Origin: Candidatus Omnitrophota bacterium
Lineage (GTDB): Bacteria; Omnitrophota; Gorgyraeia; Duberdicusellales; 4484-171
Direction: 5' to 3'
Assembly: GCA_016935525.1 (NCBI GenBank)
Contig: JAFGQU010000016.1
Coordinates: 32,342 to 96,341, forward strand
DNA length: 64,000 nucleotides
The notes under the pieces are model-generated. The model saw nothing but the letters and a program-made list of their open reading frames with translations, was not told the DNA's origin and did no database searches. The translations under genes were made by a program, and so were the position numbers. Positions 18,640 to 28,032 of this stretch are shown here, in pieces (the first letter of the stretch is position 1; each line of letters starts with the position of its first letter).

Positions 18640-19872
18640 ATGCCGTTATTTTATTATATCGCCAAAGGTAAAGACGGAAAGACCGTGAAAAACGTCGAGG
18701 ACGCCTCGTCGCGTGATGAGATCGTCAGTAAATTGAAAGGTAACGGGATGTTTATTATCTCTATCCGGGAAGCCGAACAGAAAGAGCGCGGAGGAGGCCG
18801 GCTTAAGATCGGCCGCGGGAAAAGAAAACATTCCGGTATCAACACGCTCGATGTCGCTTTTTTTGCGAGAAACCTGGCGACGACGTTATCGGCGGGAGTG
18901 CCGTTGTTGCGGAGTCTTGAGATCATGGCCGCGCAGACCGAGAGTAAAGACCTTTCGAAGATCTTAAGTGAAATAGTCTTAGGAATCAAAAAAGGCCTGT
19001 CGTTGAGCGAGTCGATCGCTCAATATCCCGCGATATTTTCTCCCCTATGGCGGGGGATCATCGAAGTAGGGGAGACTTCCGGTAATCTGCCGTTTGTACT
19101 CGATAAATTATCCGATTATCTGGAATTACGGGTCGAATTCGAACGTAAGATGAAAAGCGCGATGATCTATCCGATCATCCTGATGTGTGTCGCGTTCGGA
19201 GCGGTCCTTTTATTTTTTAAAGTCATCTTGCCTAAATTTACCACCCTGTTCGATCAGTTTAATATCGCCCTTCCGTTACCGACGCAAATACTGTTTAACC
19301 TGAGTAAATTCGTCGATGCCTATTTCTTTGTCCTTTTGTTTACGATGCTCATCCTCGGCGGGGTCGGATGGTACGCGCTTAAAAAACCGGCTACCAAAAA
19401 ATATCTCGACCGTCTGGTATTGACTCTTCCTTTGATCCGGGACGGAGCTTTATATAGTTATCTTGAACGGTTCTCATCGACCATGTACATCCTTCTTGAG
19501 AGCGGCGTTCCGATAGTCTATACCCTGGAAGTAGTATCGAAAAGTATAGGTAACAGCCTTATCGAGCATGAGATGCTTCAGATAAAAGAAAATGTCCGCC
19601 GGGGCAAAAGCCTTTCTTCGGAGCTGGAAAAACTTGATTTATTCCCGCCGCTGGTGACCGAGGTGGCTCATATCGGGGAGGAAGCCGGTAATCTGCCGGA
19701 GATGTTCAAAAAGATATCGACGCATTATCAGAAACAATTAACGACCATTATCGAACGGTTAGTCGCCGCGTTTGAACCGTTGATGATCGTGATGATGGGG
19801 ATCGTGATCGGGTCTATCGTTATTTCGCTCTTTTTACCCATGTTTAAGATCGCGACATTGGGTGGTGCTTGA
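18640..19872 (+). CDS. pilC: inner-membrane platform protein PilC/GspF
   Basis: GETSGNL, AMIYP, GEEAGNL, FEPLMIV motifs. Confidence 0.95.
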   Translation: MPLFYYIAKGKDGKTVKNVEDASSRDEIVSKLKGNGMFIISIREAEQKERGGGRLKIGRGKRKHSGINTLDVAFFARNLATTLSAGVPLLRSLEIMAAQTESKDLSKILSEIVLGIKKGLSLSESIAQYPAIFSPLWRGIIEVGETSGNLPFVLDKLSDYLELRVEFERKMKSAMIYPIILMCVAFGAVLLFFKVILPKFTTLFDQFNIALPLPTQILFNLSKFVDAYFFVLLFTMLILGGVGWYALKKPATKKYLDRLVLTLPLIRDGALYSYLERFSSTMYILLESGVPIVYTLEVVSKSIGNSLIEHEMLQIKENVRRGKSLSSELEKLDLFPPLVTEVAHIGEEAGNLPEMFKKISTHYQKQLTTIIERLVAAFEPLMIVMMGIVIGSIVISLFLPMFKIATLGGA

Positions 19873-19932
19873 TAGAGAGAGGAGAATCTATAGGAAGTGT
19901 ATATATATCAATCGAGGAGGTGATGACTGTAT

Positions 19933-19961
19933 TTGACGAACTGAAAATAATATGGTATAAA
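19933..19961 (+). promoter_or_regulatory. sigma70 promoter of the major pilin
   Basis: TTGACG-17 bp-TATAAA with a TG extension. Confidence 0.65.
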
Positions 19962-20060
19962 TTATTGTTAGGGAGAAAAAGGATACGGTAAAACCAACAT
20001 AAACATAAAAACAGGTAAAAACAGGTAAGTATAAGTAACAATACAAGAAGGAGGTTTGCG

Positions 20061-20477
20061 ATGAGAAAAGGGTTTACGCTTATAGAATTATTGATCGTAG
20101 TTATCGTTATTGCTATCTTAGCCACGTTTGCTATCCCCCAATATATGAAAGCGGTAGAACGGGCAAAAGTATCGAAAGGCGCGCATCATATAGGACTTAT
20201 TGCTCAGGCAATGAAGATGTATCGTGCCGATACGGATGAATATCCCGATGCCAGTACCGGAGATTTCGGCGATACGTTCGTAGATTACGTTGAACTGAAT
20301 GAAATCGATAATGATAGTGATTGGGATTATACGGTGACCGGAGATGCTAACGGAGAGACCTTTACTATCACCGCAGATAGAACGGCCGGCCCTTATGCCG
20401 GACAGGTTCTTGAAATAAATGAGATGGGTGAATGGGACAATTCCGATCACCTTTTGTTCCGTATCCCCGGTGAATAA
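20061..20477 (+). CDS. type IV pilin, probably the major pilin
   Basis: MRKG|FTLIELLIVV; strong AAGGAGG RBS and its own promoter. Confidence 0.92.
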   Translation: MRKGFTLIELLIVVIVIAILATFAIPQYMKAVERAKVSKGAHHIGLIAQAMKMYRADTDEYPDASTGDFGDTFVDYVELNEIDNDSDWDYTVTGDANGETFTITADRTAGPYAGQVLEINEMGEWDNSDHLLFRIPGE

Positions 20478-20511
20478 TCGCCCGGATATTCAGAGAGAAC
20501 GGTACGTAGTT

Positions 20512-20907
20512 ATGTTACAGAAAATGACATATTCCAAGTGCGCTTTTACGTTGATCGAGCTTTTAATCGTGGTAAGTATCATCGCTCTGTTAGCTACGTT
20601 TGCCATGCCGGCATACCGCAGGGCCCAGGAACGGGCCCATGATAATGAAGCGACAGCGATGTTGAAGCTTATCCAACATTCCGAAAAGGTATATCATATG
20701 GAACGTCCTAATGAATACGCCGCCTGCGGCAATACGAGTGCCTGTAACGTCGCGTTGAATTTAAACCTTTCTGCGGCCTACTGGGCGTATAGCGTAAGCG
20801 CGGACGCAAGCGGTTTTTGTGCCGAGGCTACGCATTCGACCGGCGGCAACCCGCGGACCTGGTATATCAACGAAACCGACGAAGAGCCTAACGATAGCGG
20901 TTGTTAA
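20512..20907 (+). CDS. type IV pilin (PilE-like)
   Basis: A|FTLIELLIVV; start set to ATG 20512. Confidence 0.88.
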   Translation: MLQKMTYSKCAFTLIELLIVVSIIALLATFAMPAYRRAQERAHDNEATAMLKLIQHSEKVYHMERPNEYAACGNTSACNVALNLNLSAAYWAYSVSADASGFCAEATHSTGGNPRTWYINETDEEPNDSGC

Positions 20908-20940
20908 AAACATTCCTGCTGAGAGTAGAGTGTGTTGAGT

Positions 20941-21288
20941 ATGAAGAAGAAGGGATTCTCATTACTTGAGGTATTGATCTCCACGCTGATCCTTTCCATA
21001 GCGTTTGGCGGGATCATCGCGAGTTTCTCTTACGCGCGAGCCTATGTGTTACGGGCAAACCGCCGTCTGGTCGCCGCCAATCTCGCCCGCAGAGTGTTTG
21101 ATTCGCTTACCCCCCATGTGCGTCAGGATGAATGGGATGATGCGGCCAATCCTCTTAATCCGGCTTATGCCGACAAGACTTTTTCGGAAACGTTTGATGA
21201 CGGAATACATAACGTTACGTATACCGTGGAGGATGATCCGTTAGGATATCGCAAGGTAACGGTAACGGTAGATTATGAGGATTTATGA
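20941..21288 (+). CDS. minor pilin (PilV-like)
   Basis: MKKKG|FSLLEVLIS. Confidence 0.88.
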   Translation: MKKKGFSLLEVLISTLILSIAFGGIIASFSYARAYVLRANRRLVAANLARRVFDSLTPHVRQDEWDDAANPLNPAYADKTFSETFDDGIHNVTYTVEDDPLGYRKVTVTVDYEDL

Positions 21289-21905
21289 GGAGACCGTTCA
21301 AACCCGCCGTTACTTTAATTGAACTGATTATTTCGGTCGTGTTGTTTTCAGTGATCATGCTTGGGATTGTCGCTTTTGATTCAGCCAGTCGCCGGTTTCT
21401 ACGTTCTACCGAACGCCGTACCAAAGTAGTGAATGAAGTAATGTTCATCCTCGACCATATTTCCAAGACAATGTCTACCGGTATCGGTGATATTACCGAT
21501 CCGGGGATAGAAGTCACCTGGCAGGCCTCAACGGAAGATTGCAACAGCGGTTCCCATAACTGTATTATTGATGTCCGTACTGCCGATCCTGCCGATGTAG
21601 CTACTCTATCGCCTCCGTATACGAACAGTATATGGCAAAGATATGAATATGATGCTGGTTCCCATACCCTGTCTTATTTCCCGGATAGGGATTTTGGTAG
21701 TTCCGAGGTTCTTTCCGCCAACCGTATCGTTGATTTTCAGGTATCGTCTCCGGCCAGTACCGGGGATTGCGATCGTATTCAGATCGACTCGTTGGTATTA
21801 CGTTACGAAGATGACGGCCCGGACGACGATCCTACGAATAATCCTACCGTAACGCTTGATGATGTCGATATCGGCCTGACCAGTTTTTCTCAATCCTGCC
21901 GTTGA
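21285..21905 (+). CDS. minor pilin (PilW-like)
   Basis: PA|VTLIELIISV. Confidence 0.82.
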   Translation: MRRPFKPAVTLIELIISVVLFSVIMLGIVAFDSASRRFLRSTERRTKVVNEVMFILDHISKTMSTGIGDITDPGIEVTWQASTEDCNSGSHNCIIDVRTADPADVATLSPPYTNSIWQRYEYDAGSHTLSYFPDRDFGSSEVLSANRIVDFQVSSPASTGDCDRIQIDSLVLRYEDDGPDDDPTNNPTVTLDDVDIGLTSFSQSCR

Positions 21906-22039
21906 TTTACCGTGTACCCGTACATTTTGTTTCTTCTCCAGAATGGTTGAGTTATTTTGAGTATTAGATATAATATACTTTCCCCTTTGAGGGAAGCGTC
22001 GCTCGTGGACAGTATCTGGTGGAGGAAAAGAGACAAAAA

Positions 22040-22070
22040 CTATATACTAGAGACCAGAGACTAGAGACTG
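22040..22070. repeat. 7-mer array, family G (CYAGAGA)
   Basis: ctatata ctagaga ccagaga ctagaga ctg. Confidence 0.75.
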
Positions 22071-22221
22071 AAATTAGCACATAATGGGCCGGTAGTTTCC
22101 CGATATCGCCCGATTTCTAGTAAGCTCATCGGGATCAGCCTGTATAAGAGAATTAAGGTCGCTGACAGTCGGGATTATATCTGTTTTAAGTACAAATGTT
22201 CATTATAGTAGTTATAAAAAT

Positions 22222-22294
22222 GGGCCGGTAGTTCAGTTGGGAGAACACTTCGTTCGCAACGAAGGGGTCGGCAGTTCGAATCTGCTCCGGTCCA
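22222..22294 (+). tRNA. tRNA-Ala(CGC); CCA end not encoded
   Basis: Cloverleaf: GGGCCGG/CCGGTCC acceptor stem with G3:U70, anticodon arm CTTCG-TTCGCAA-CGAAG, T-loop TTCGAAT. Confidence 0.96.
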
Positions 22295-22532
22295 TTTTAA
22301 ATAGCGTATAGCGGCTAGCGGATAGCGATTAGTGATAGATTGAAAAGAGAGTAAGAAGAGAGAGGGCAGATGAGGACTTCGCAGCGAGAGCTGCGATGGA
22401 GGTCGCGAAAGCGCGCGAAGCGCGCTGGAGTCCATAGGGATTGCGTGCAATCCCGGTCATGGGAATCTGCTCCGGTCCATTTTAAATAGCGTATAGCGGC
22501 TAGCGATTAGCGGTTAGTGATAAATTGAAAAA
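22278..22532 (+). repeat. direct repeat of the tRNA 3' end plus family H array, flanking a multi-hairpin insert
   Basis: 22278-22347 vs 22463-22532, first 43 bp identical. Confidence 0.9.
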
Positions 22533-22671
22533 AATCGCCTCGCTGTCACCCCGGAGTAATATCAGGCAAGAGATTTTCTTTTTTAGTGGTACACTCTGTT
22601 AAAGAGAAAATGTGCCGGCAGCATAGGTAAATATACTCCATTGTAGACAAGAGATATCCCTCTATCAGTAT

Positions 22672-24177
22672 ATGCTCACGAAATCAGAGAATAACCTTTC
22701 TTTCGTTACATCCCTTTTACTGCTTGCTTCAACTATCGCGTATTATATTTTTATCCAGTTTGTCTCGCCGGTCCTTTATGGGGTCGACGGGTATTATCAT
22801 ATTGCCGTGGCCCGGTGTATTAAAGATTTCGGGCTGAAATACGGTTTCCCCTGGGCTCAGTTTTCTACTTTTACGAACGCGTTTTCCGATAAAGAACTGC
22901 TGTTCCATCTGCTGAGTGTCCCTTTCCTTTATGTGACCGATAATATAATCCTGGCCGCAAAATTTTCCGTTGTTTTTTATAACCTCCTGTTTTTCTCGGT
23001 GTTCATATTCATTTTGAGAAAATATGTGCCGTACTTTTTAATCGGCGTGTCCCTTTTATTCCTTGTCGCGTCCGGTTACTTCTCAGTCCGGTTTACCTGT
23101 CTGCGGCCGGAGATCCTCGCGATCATCCTTACTGTGTTAGGCGTATATTTTCTTATCAAGAAAAACCGCTGGGGAGTTTTTATCATTGGTGTGGTCTATT
23201 CGTTATCGCATATCTCGTTTTTCACCCTGTTCATCTTTGCCGTCTGCTGTGAAACTGTCCGGTACATAATGAAAAAAGAGGTGTGTGTACCGAATCTGTA
23301 TATGTCGTTTCTCGGTATCCTGTCCGGTAGCCTTATCCATCCTCATAATCCTTATAATTGGGTAAGTTTCCATCTTAACGCTATTCTGGTCCCTTTTTAT
23401 TCGATGAGGGAGGTAGCTCTTGACCTGGGGCCGGAACTGCTCTCTACCGATAGCAAGAAGATCTTTATAGAAAATATATCCTTATTCCTTTGCGGGAGCG
23501 GGATCATCGGGTTTGTTTTGATGCGTACTACAAAATTGAGTGTGGATACGGCCGTGTGGTGGGCGTGTTTCATGTTCTATTTTTTCTTAGGGTTCATCGG
23601 TTCGCGTTATTGGTACCCGGCAACCGCGCTTTTTATCGTTTTTGCCGCGTCTTTTGTGTATGACTGGACCGCCGGGAGAAATATCCGGGACATAACGGTT
23701 GCATTGCGGCCGGTTGTGTTGGCAGTAATGATCTTTTTAGGGCTCCATGCTTCCTACACCATAACCAAAATGGCAGAACATATCACCTTCTATACGTTCC
23801 GTAACGACCAATATGAAGAGGCCGCGTCATGGATGAAAAAAAATCTTCCCGCTCAACAGACCGTATACCACGCGAATTGGAGCGTTTCCCCTTATTTCAT
23901 CGCATTAAACCCAAAAGATAACTATCTCGTAGTGCTGGATCCGATCTATATGTTCTATCCTTATCCGGAAAAATATATGGTTTATAAGGAATTGTTCCAT
24001 GGAAAAGCGAAAGATCCTTACCGGGCCATAAAAGATAATTTCGGAGTGACCTACGGGTGTGTAGATAAAAACACGCGTTTGTACCGGCAGATAAAAGGGG
24101 ATAAAGATCATTTCCTTATGCTTCATGAAAATATTCGGGTTGCGGTATTCCGATTATTAGATAATAAAGAGCAATAA
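22672..24177 (+). CDS. polytopic membrane protein, probable GT-C-fold glycosyltransferase
   Basis: About 12 TM segments, N-terminal loop DGYYH, LRPE motif, soluble C-terminal domain. Confidence 0.6.
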   Translation: MLTKSENNLSFVTSLLLLASTIAYYIFIQFVSPVLYGVDGYYHIAVARCIKDFGLKYGFPWAQFSTFTNAFSDKELLFHLLSVPFLYVTDNIILAAKFSVVFYNLLFFSVFIFILRKYVPYFLIGVSLLFLVASGYFSVRFTCLRPEILAIILTVLGVYFLIKKNRWGVFIIGVVYSLSHISFFTLFIFAVCCETVRYIMKKEVCVPNLYMSFLGILSGSLIHPHNPYNWVSFHLNAILVPFYSMREVALDLGPELLSTDSKKIFIENISLFLCGSGIIGFVLMRTTKLSVDTAVWWACFMFYFFLGFIGSRYWYPATALFIVFAASFVYDWTAGRNIRDITVALRPVVLAVMIFLGLHASYTITKMAEHITFYTFRNDQYEEAASWMKKNLPAQQTVYHANWSVSPYFIALNPKDNYLVVLDPIYMFYPYPEKYMVYKELFHGKAKDPYRAIKDNFGVTYGCVDKNTRLYRQIKGDKDHFLMLHENIRVAVFRLLDNKEQ

Positions 24178-24188
24178 GGTGGATACGT

Positions 24189-25691
24189 ATGGGGTTTGAA
24201 TTAAGACGTACGCGGATGGTTTTGTGGGTATCGATGATCGGGTTGGTACTGGGAGGTATTTTTTGCCTGCCCGGGTATACTCAATTAGTGAAACCTCATG
24301 AATTTGCCGGCACGTTTTATCCTCAAAATAAAAACGATCTCACCCGGTATATTCAGTCGGTGCTCACCGAAGCGGCGGATGTCGCGTCAAAGGTGCCCGA
24401 GCATATTTTCGGGATCATCGTCCCGCATGCCGGTTACGTGTATTCCGCTCCCGTAGCGGCGGTCTCTTATAACGCGATCAAAGGTATGGATATTGATACG
24501 GTGATCCTTCTGGGCGCGTCTCACCGGTACCCTTACCGCGGTATTGCCGTCTGGCCGCAAGGCCGGTTCACGACGCCATTAGGATCTCTAGATGTTGACG
24601 AGAAGGTTGCCGAAGAATTTATGGAATTGAAATTCGTAGAGCCTCAGACCCGTTATTTCTATGATGAACATAGCCTGGAAGTACAACTTCCTTTTTTACA
24701 GACGATATTGCCGGGAGCAAAAATCGTCCCGCTTTTGTTCGGCGAGGTCACTTATGACCAGTTAGAGATGTGTGCCCGTACGCTCGCTGAGGTAGCTCGT
24801 ACCAAAAAAATACTGGTCGTGGTTTCTACCGACCTGTCGCATTACCATGAGTATAAAGAGGCCTGCAGTATCGACGCGCGGACGGTGGATTATGTTTCGC
24901 ATCAGGATTTTTTCAATCTCTGGACGAGCGTGCAGTTGGGAGAACAACGGGCTTGCGGGATAAAACCTCTCATCGCTTTTTTGATGTATACCGACCGTAT
25001 CGGGGGTGAGGTGAACATATTGAAATACGCGAATTCGGGGGATACTGCCGGTGATAAAACTAAAGTCGTAGGGTATATGAGTGCTGTTGCTTTTAAAGAA
25101 GAGAATGCCAATAAAAAGGAGACATTGATGGACCATCCCACATTGACCGATTCCGATAAAAAAGTATTATTACATATTGCCCGGTTGACTCTGGAGAATT
25201 ATCTGCGTGATCAACCGGTCCCGGAATTTGAACAAGGTTCGCCGATATTGTATGAAAAACGAGGCGCGTTCGTGACGTTGAAAGAACACGGCCAGTTACG
25301 CGGCTGTATCGGCCGGATAGTCGCCGATACGCCTCTTTATAAGGTGATCTCCGATTTTGCGATAAATGCCGCGGTCCATGACATGCGGTTTAAACCGGTC
25401 GAATATAAAGAGTTAAAGGATATCGAAATAGAGATATCGGTGTTGACTCCGTTTGAACGGGTCCAGTCGCTCGATGAGATCGAAGTCGGTACTCACGGGT
25501 TGATGATCCAGAAAGGGCCTTATTCCGGCTTGCTTCTTCCCCAGGTGCCTCTTGAATATCATTGGGACCGGGATACCTTTTTGGAACATCTCTGTTATAA
25601 GGCGGGGCTCCCTTCAGGTGCCTATAAAGATAAAGACGCGGTGATCTATAGATTTTCCGCTTCGGTCTTTTCCGAAAAAGAATTCAAGTAA
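24189..25691 (+). CDS. AmmeMemoRadiSam protein B (MEMO1-like) fused to protein A (AMMECR1)
   Basis: AGTFYP, PHAGYVYS, EHSLEVQLPF, STDLSHY; then GAFVTL, LRGCIG, GLLLPQV. Confidence 0.93.
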   Translation: MGFELRRTRMVLWVSMIGLVLGGIFCLPGYTQLVKPHEFAGTFYPQNKNDLTRYIQSVLTEAADVASKVPEHIFGIIVPHAGYVYSAPVAAVSYNAIKGMDIDTVILLGASHRYPYRGIAVWPQGRFTTPLGSLDVDEKVAEEFMELKFVEPQTRYFYDEHSLEVQLPFLQTILPGAKIVPLLFGEVTYDQLEMCARTLAEVARTKKILVVVSTDLSHYHEYKEACSIDARTVDYVSHQDFFNLWTSVQLGEQRACGIKPLIAFLMYTDRIGGEVNILKYANSGDTAGDKTKVVGYMSAVAFKEENANKKETLMDHPTLTDSDKKVLLHIARLTLENYLRDQPVPEFEQGSPILYEKRGAFVTLKEHGQLRGCIGRIVADTPLYKVISDFAINAAVHDMRFKPVEYKELKDIEIEISVLTPFERVQSLDEIEVGTHGLMIQKGPYSGLLLPQVPLEYHWDRDTFLEHLCYKAGLPSGAYKDKDAVIYRFSASVFSEKEFK

Positions 25692-25695
25692 TCTC

Positions 25696-26424
25696 ATGTC
25701 ACGGGTGCGTATTTTTCAAGCCTTACCGGCGATAGAGGATACTCTGCGGATCAGGGATATCGAGATCGTCCGGAAGATAAAGACCGTGTTACGGATGGAA
25801 CCGGGAGAGATCCTTTTCGTGTTTGACGGGGAAGGAAAAGAGTTCTCTTATACGGTCGAGACGATAAGTAAAAAAGAGCTCGTGTTACAAAAAAAAGGAT
25901 TGGTACGCCAGGAAAAAATACAACCGTTTTTGCTCGTCCTTGCCGTTCCGCTTCTGCGTGATGTAAAAATGGAATTTATCCTGCAGAAAACCTGCGAATT
26001 GGGAGTGACCCGTATTATCCCTTATATTTCTGCCCGCGGCACGGTACGCAAGGCGCCTTCGGCGGCAAAGAGCGCGCGGTGGATGAAAATAGTCACCGAA
26101 GCTGCCCGGCAATCGGAACGGCTCTGGATACCAAAGGTGGATCCCATACGTTCGGTAGAAGAAGTCGCGATAGAGCCGGCTGAACTGAAAATAGTCGCGC
26201 ATCAAACCGGAGATACGCGTGTCGGCTTGGTTCAGGAGAAAAAGCCGAACACGGCGCTGGTGATCGTCGGCCCGGAAGGAGATTTTTCCGAACACGAGTT
26301 GCAATTGTTTAAAGAGAACCGGTTCCATCCGCTATCTCTTTCTCAACAAATATTACGTACCGAGACCGCGGCAATATTCGCGGTGGGACTGATACGCTAC
26401 CTTGAGACAGCGTATAGCGGTTAG
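25696..26424 (+). CDS. rsmE: 16S rRNA m3U1498 methyltransferase
   Basis: KTCELGV, EAARQSER, VGPEGDFS, ILRTETA motifs. Confidence 0.93.
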   Translation: MSRVRIFQALPAIEDTLRIRDIEIVRKIKTVLRMEPGEILFVFDGEGKEFSYTVETISKKELVLQKKGLVRQEKIQPFLLVLAVPLLRDVKMEFILQKTCELGVTRIIPYISARGTVRKAPSAAKSARWMKIVTEAARQSERLWIPKVDPIRSVEEVAIEPAELKIVAHQTGDTRVGLVQEKKPNTALVIVGPEGDFSEHELQLFKENRFHPLSLSQQILRTETAAIFAVGLIRYLETAYSG

Positions 26425-26553
26425 CGGTGAGAGGATAGAGTGAAGAGAATTAGCAATGTCCAATTAGCAATTATCAGTTAGCAATGAGAGAAAGAATAGG
26501 GAGAGAAACTCCGGATTTTAAATTGCTAATTGCTAAATGCTAATTTTGCATTG
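26407..26553. repeat. family H arm (overlapping the rsmE stop) followed by a family I (TTAGCAA/TTGCTAA) inverted pair
   Basis: acagcgt atagcgg ttagcgg...; aattagc aatgtcc aattagc aattatc agttagc aat ... aattgct aattgct aaatgct aatt. Confidence 0.85.
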
Positions 26554-26606
26554 ATCATTTATATTAAACGTGTGATCGGCTTGTTTTCACCTGCGCGGCG
26601 GAGGTA

Positions 26607-27884
26607 ATGAAGAATATGATGAGAGAGAATAAGGCAAAATTGAAGGTAAAGTTTGTGACGCTCGGGTGTAAAGTGAACCAGTATGAGACTCAAGTGTTAC
26701 GGGAGGATTGCGCGCGTCACGGGATGGATGTGACCGAAGAGGCCGCCGATATCTATGTGATCAATACCTGTAGCGTTACCCATCGTGCCGATCGTAAGTC
26801 GCGGGATGCGATTGTACAGGCCCGGCGGGAAAATCCGAACAGTAAGATCGCCGCGGTCGGATGTCTGGCCGAACTGAACCGGGATATGCTCAAACGATTG
26901 GATGTTGAGTATATCCTCGGCCAACATGAAAAATATTCGTTAGGTAACGTGTTGGCCGGAGGCGAGATAAGCGAGATGTCGCCCTGGTCGTTTTCGGTAA
27001 CCTCAAGTGGTAATCACCGGGCGTTTGTAAAGGTCCAGGACGGGTGTGATAATCTTTGTTCGTTCTGTAAAATACCTCATTTGCGCGGCCGGTCACGAAG
27101 CCGGCCGATAGATGATATCATCGCCGAGATCGAACGGATAGAAGAGGATCATCACGAGATCGTTCTCTGCGGAGTCAATCTCAGCCTTTACGGGAAAGAT
27201 CTCTCGCCGGCACAGGACCTGTCGGGTCTGGTCGCTTGTTGTCTGGAAAGAAAGAGGCTCGGCCGGTTGAGGATAAGTTCTCTGGAATCGTTATACCTGG
27301 ATGAATCGTTATTACGGGTTTTGATTCACCCGCGGTTTTGTCCGCATCTTCATCTTTGTTTTCAAAGCGGCGATGACCGGGTCTTACGCGCGATGAATAA
27401 AAAGGAAACAGTTTCCCAGTACCGCGATCTTATCGCTCGAGCGAGAAAAGTAAACCCTGATGTAGCGATCAGCGGCGATATTATCGTAGGCTTTCCCGAA
27501 GAAGACGAAAAAAGTTTTAAAAATACTTTTGATTTCCTTAAGGAGATCAAACCCATGCGGCTGCATATATTTCGTTTCTCGCCGCGGGAAAAAACCGTCT
27601 TTGCCGGAATGCGTCCGGGTAACGGGAAAAAGATAAAAATCCGGTATACGGTATTAAAGGCCGCAGCCCAGAGGTGGTCTTTAGAATATAGCCGCCGGTT
27701 CGAAAACCGTCGGGTAGATGTTATTACCGAAGGGAAAAACGGCGACTATTTTTACGGGTATTCTCAGCATTATGTGCGGGTGCATTTTACCGGTGATGCC
27801 CGGTTAGGTGAAATTACCAAAGTAAAAGTTACCCAGATAAATCAGAAAGGCGTATTCGGGGAATCAATTAAGGAAAAATCCTAA
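26607..27884 (+). CDS. mtaB: tRNA threonylcarbamoyladenosine methylthiotransferase
   Basis: TLGCKVNQYE, INTCSVT, KVQDGCDNLCSFC radical-SAM motif, TRAM tail. Confidence 0.93.
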   Translation: MKNMMRENKAKLKVKFVTLGCKVNQYETQVLREDCARHGMDVTEEAADIYVINTCSVTHRADRKSRDAIVQARRENPNSKIAAVGCLAELNRDMLKRLDVEYILGQHEKYSLGNVLAGGEISEMSPWSFSVTSSGNHRAFVKVQDGCDNLCSFCKIPHLRGRSRSRPIDDIIAEIERIEEDHHEIVLCGVNLSLYGKDLSPAQDLSGLVACCLERKRLGRLRISSLESLYLDESLLRVLIHPRFCPHLHLCFQSGDDRVLRAMNKKETVSQYRDLIARARKVNPDVAISGDIIVGFPEEDEKSFKNTFDFLKEIKPMRLHIFRFSPREKTVFAGMRPGNGKKIKIRYTVLKAAAQRWSLEYSRRFENRRVDVITEGKNGDYFYGYSQHYVRVHFTGDARLGEITKVKVTQINQKGVFGESIKEKS

Positions 27885-28027
27885 ACTCTAAGCACTAAAT
27901 TCTAAACAAATCCAAAGCTCTAAATTCAAAACAGGTATTCGTTCTCAAAATTAGGATTTAGGATTTGTTTTGGATTTAGAATTTAGGGTTTTTAATCGTG
28001 TGACGTGTGACTATGTGTCGTGTGACT
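27876..28027. repeat. family J (AAATYCT/AGRATTT) inverted pair followed by a family E arm
   Basis: aaatcct aaactct aagcact aaattct aaac ... ttaggat ttaggat ttgttttggat ttagaat ttagggt, then cgtgtgacgtgtgactatgtgtcgtgtgact. Confidence 0.88.
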
Positions 28028-28032
28028 TGAAT

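Noticed and set aside
27970-28032. N-terminal ORF extensions in the track (also 4329, 39367, 41776, 2983) and ORFs 3266-3457, 4184-4480, 22175-22450
   Set aside because: They are translations through repeat arrays, the terminator or the tRNA antisense strand; homology-supported starts lie downstream.
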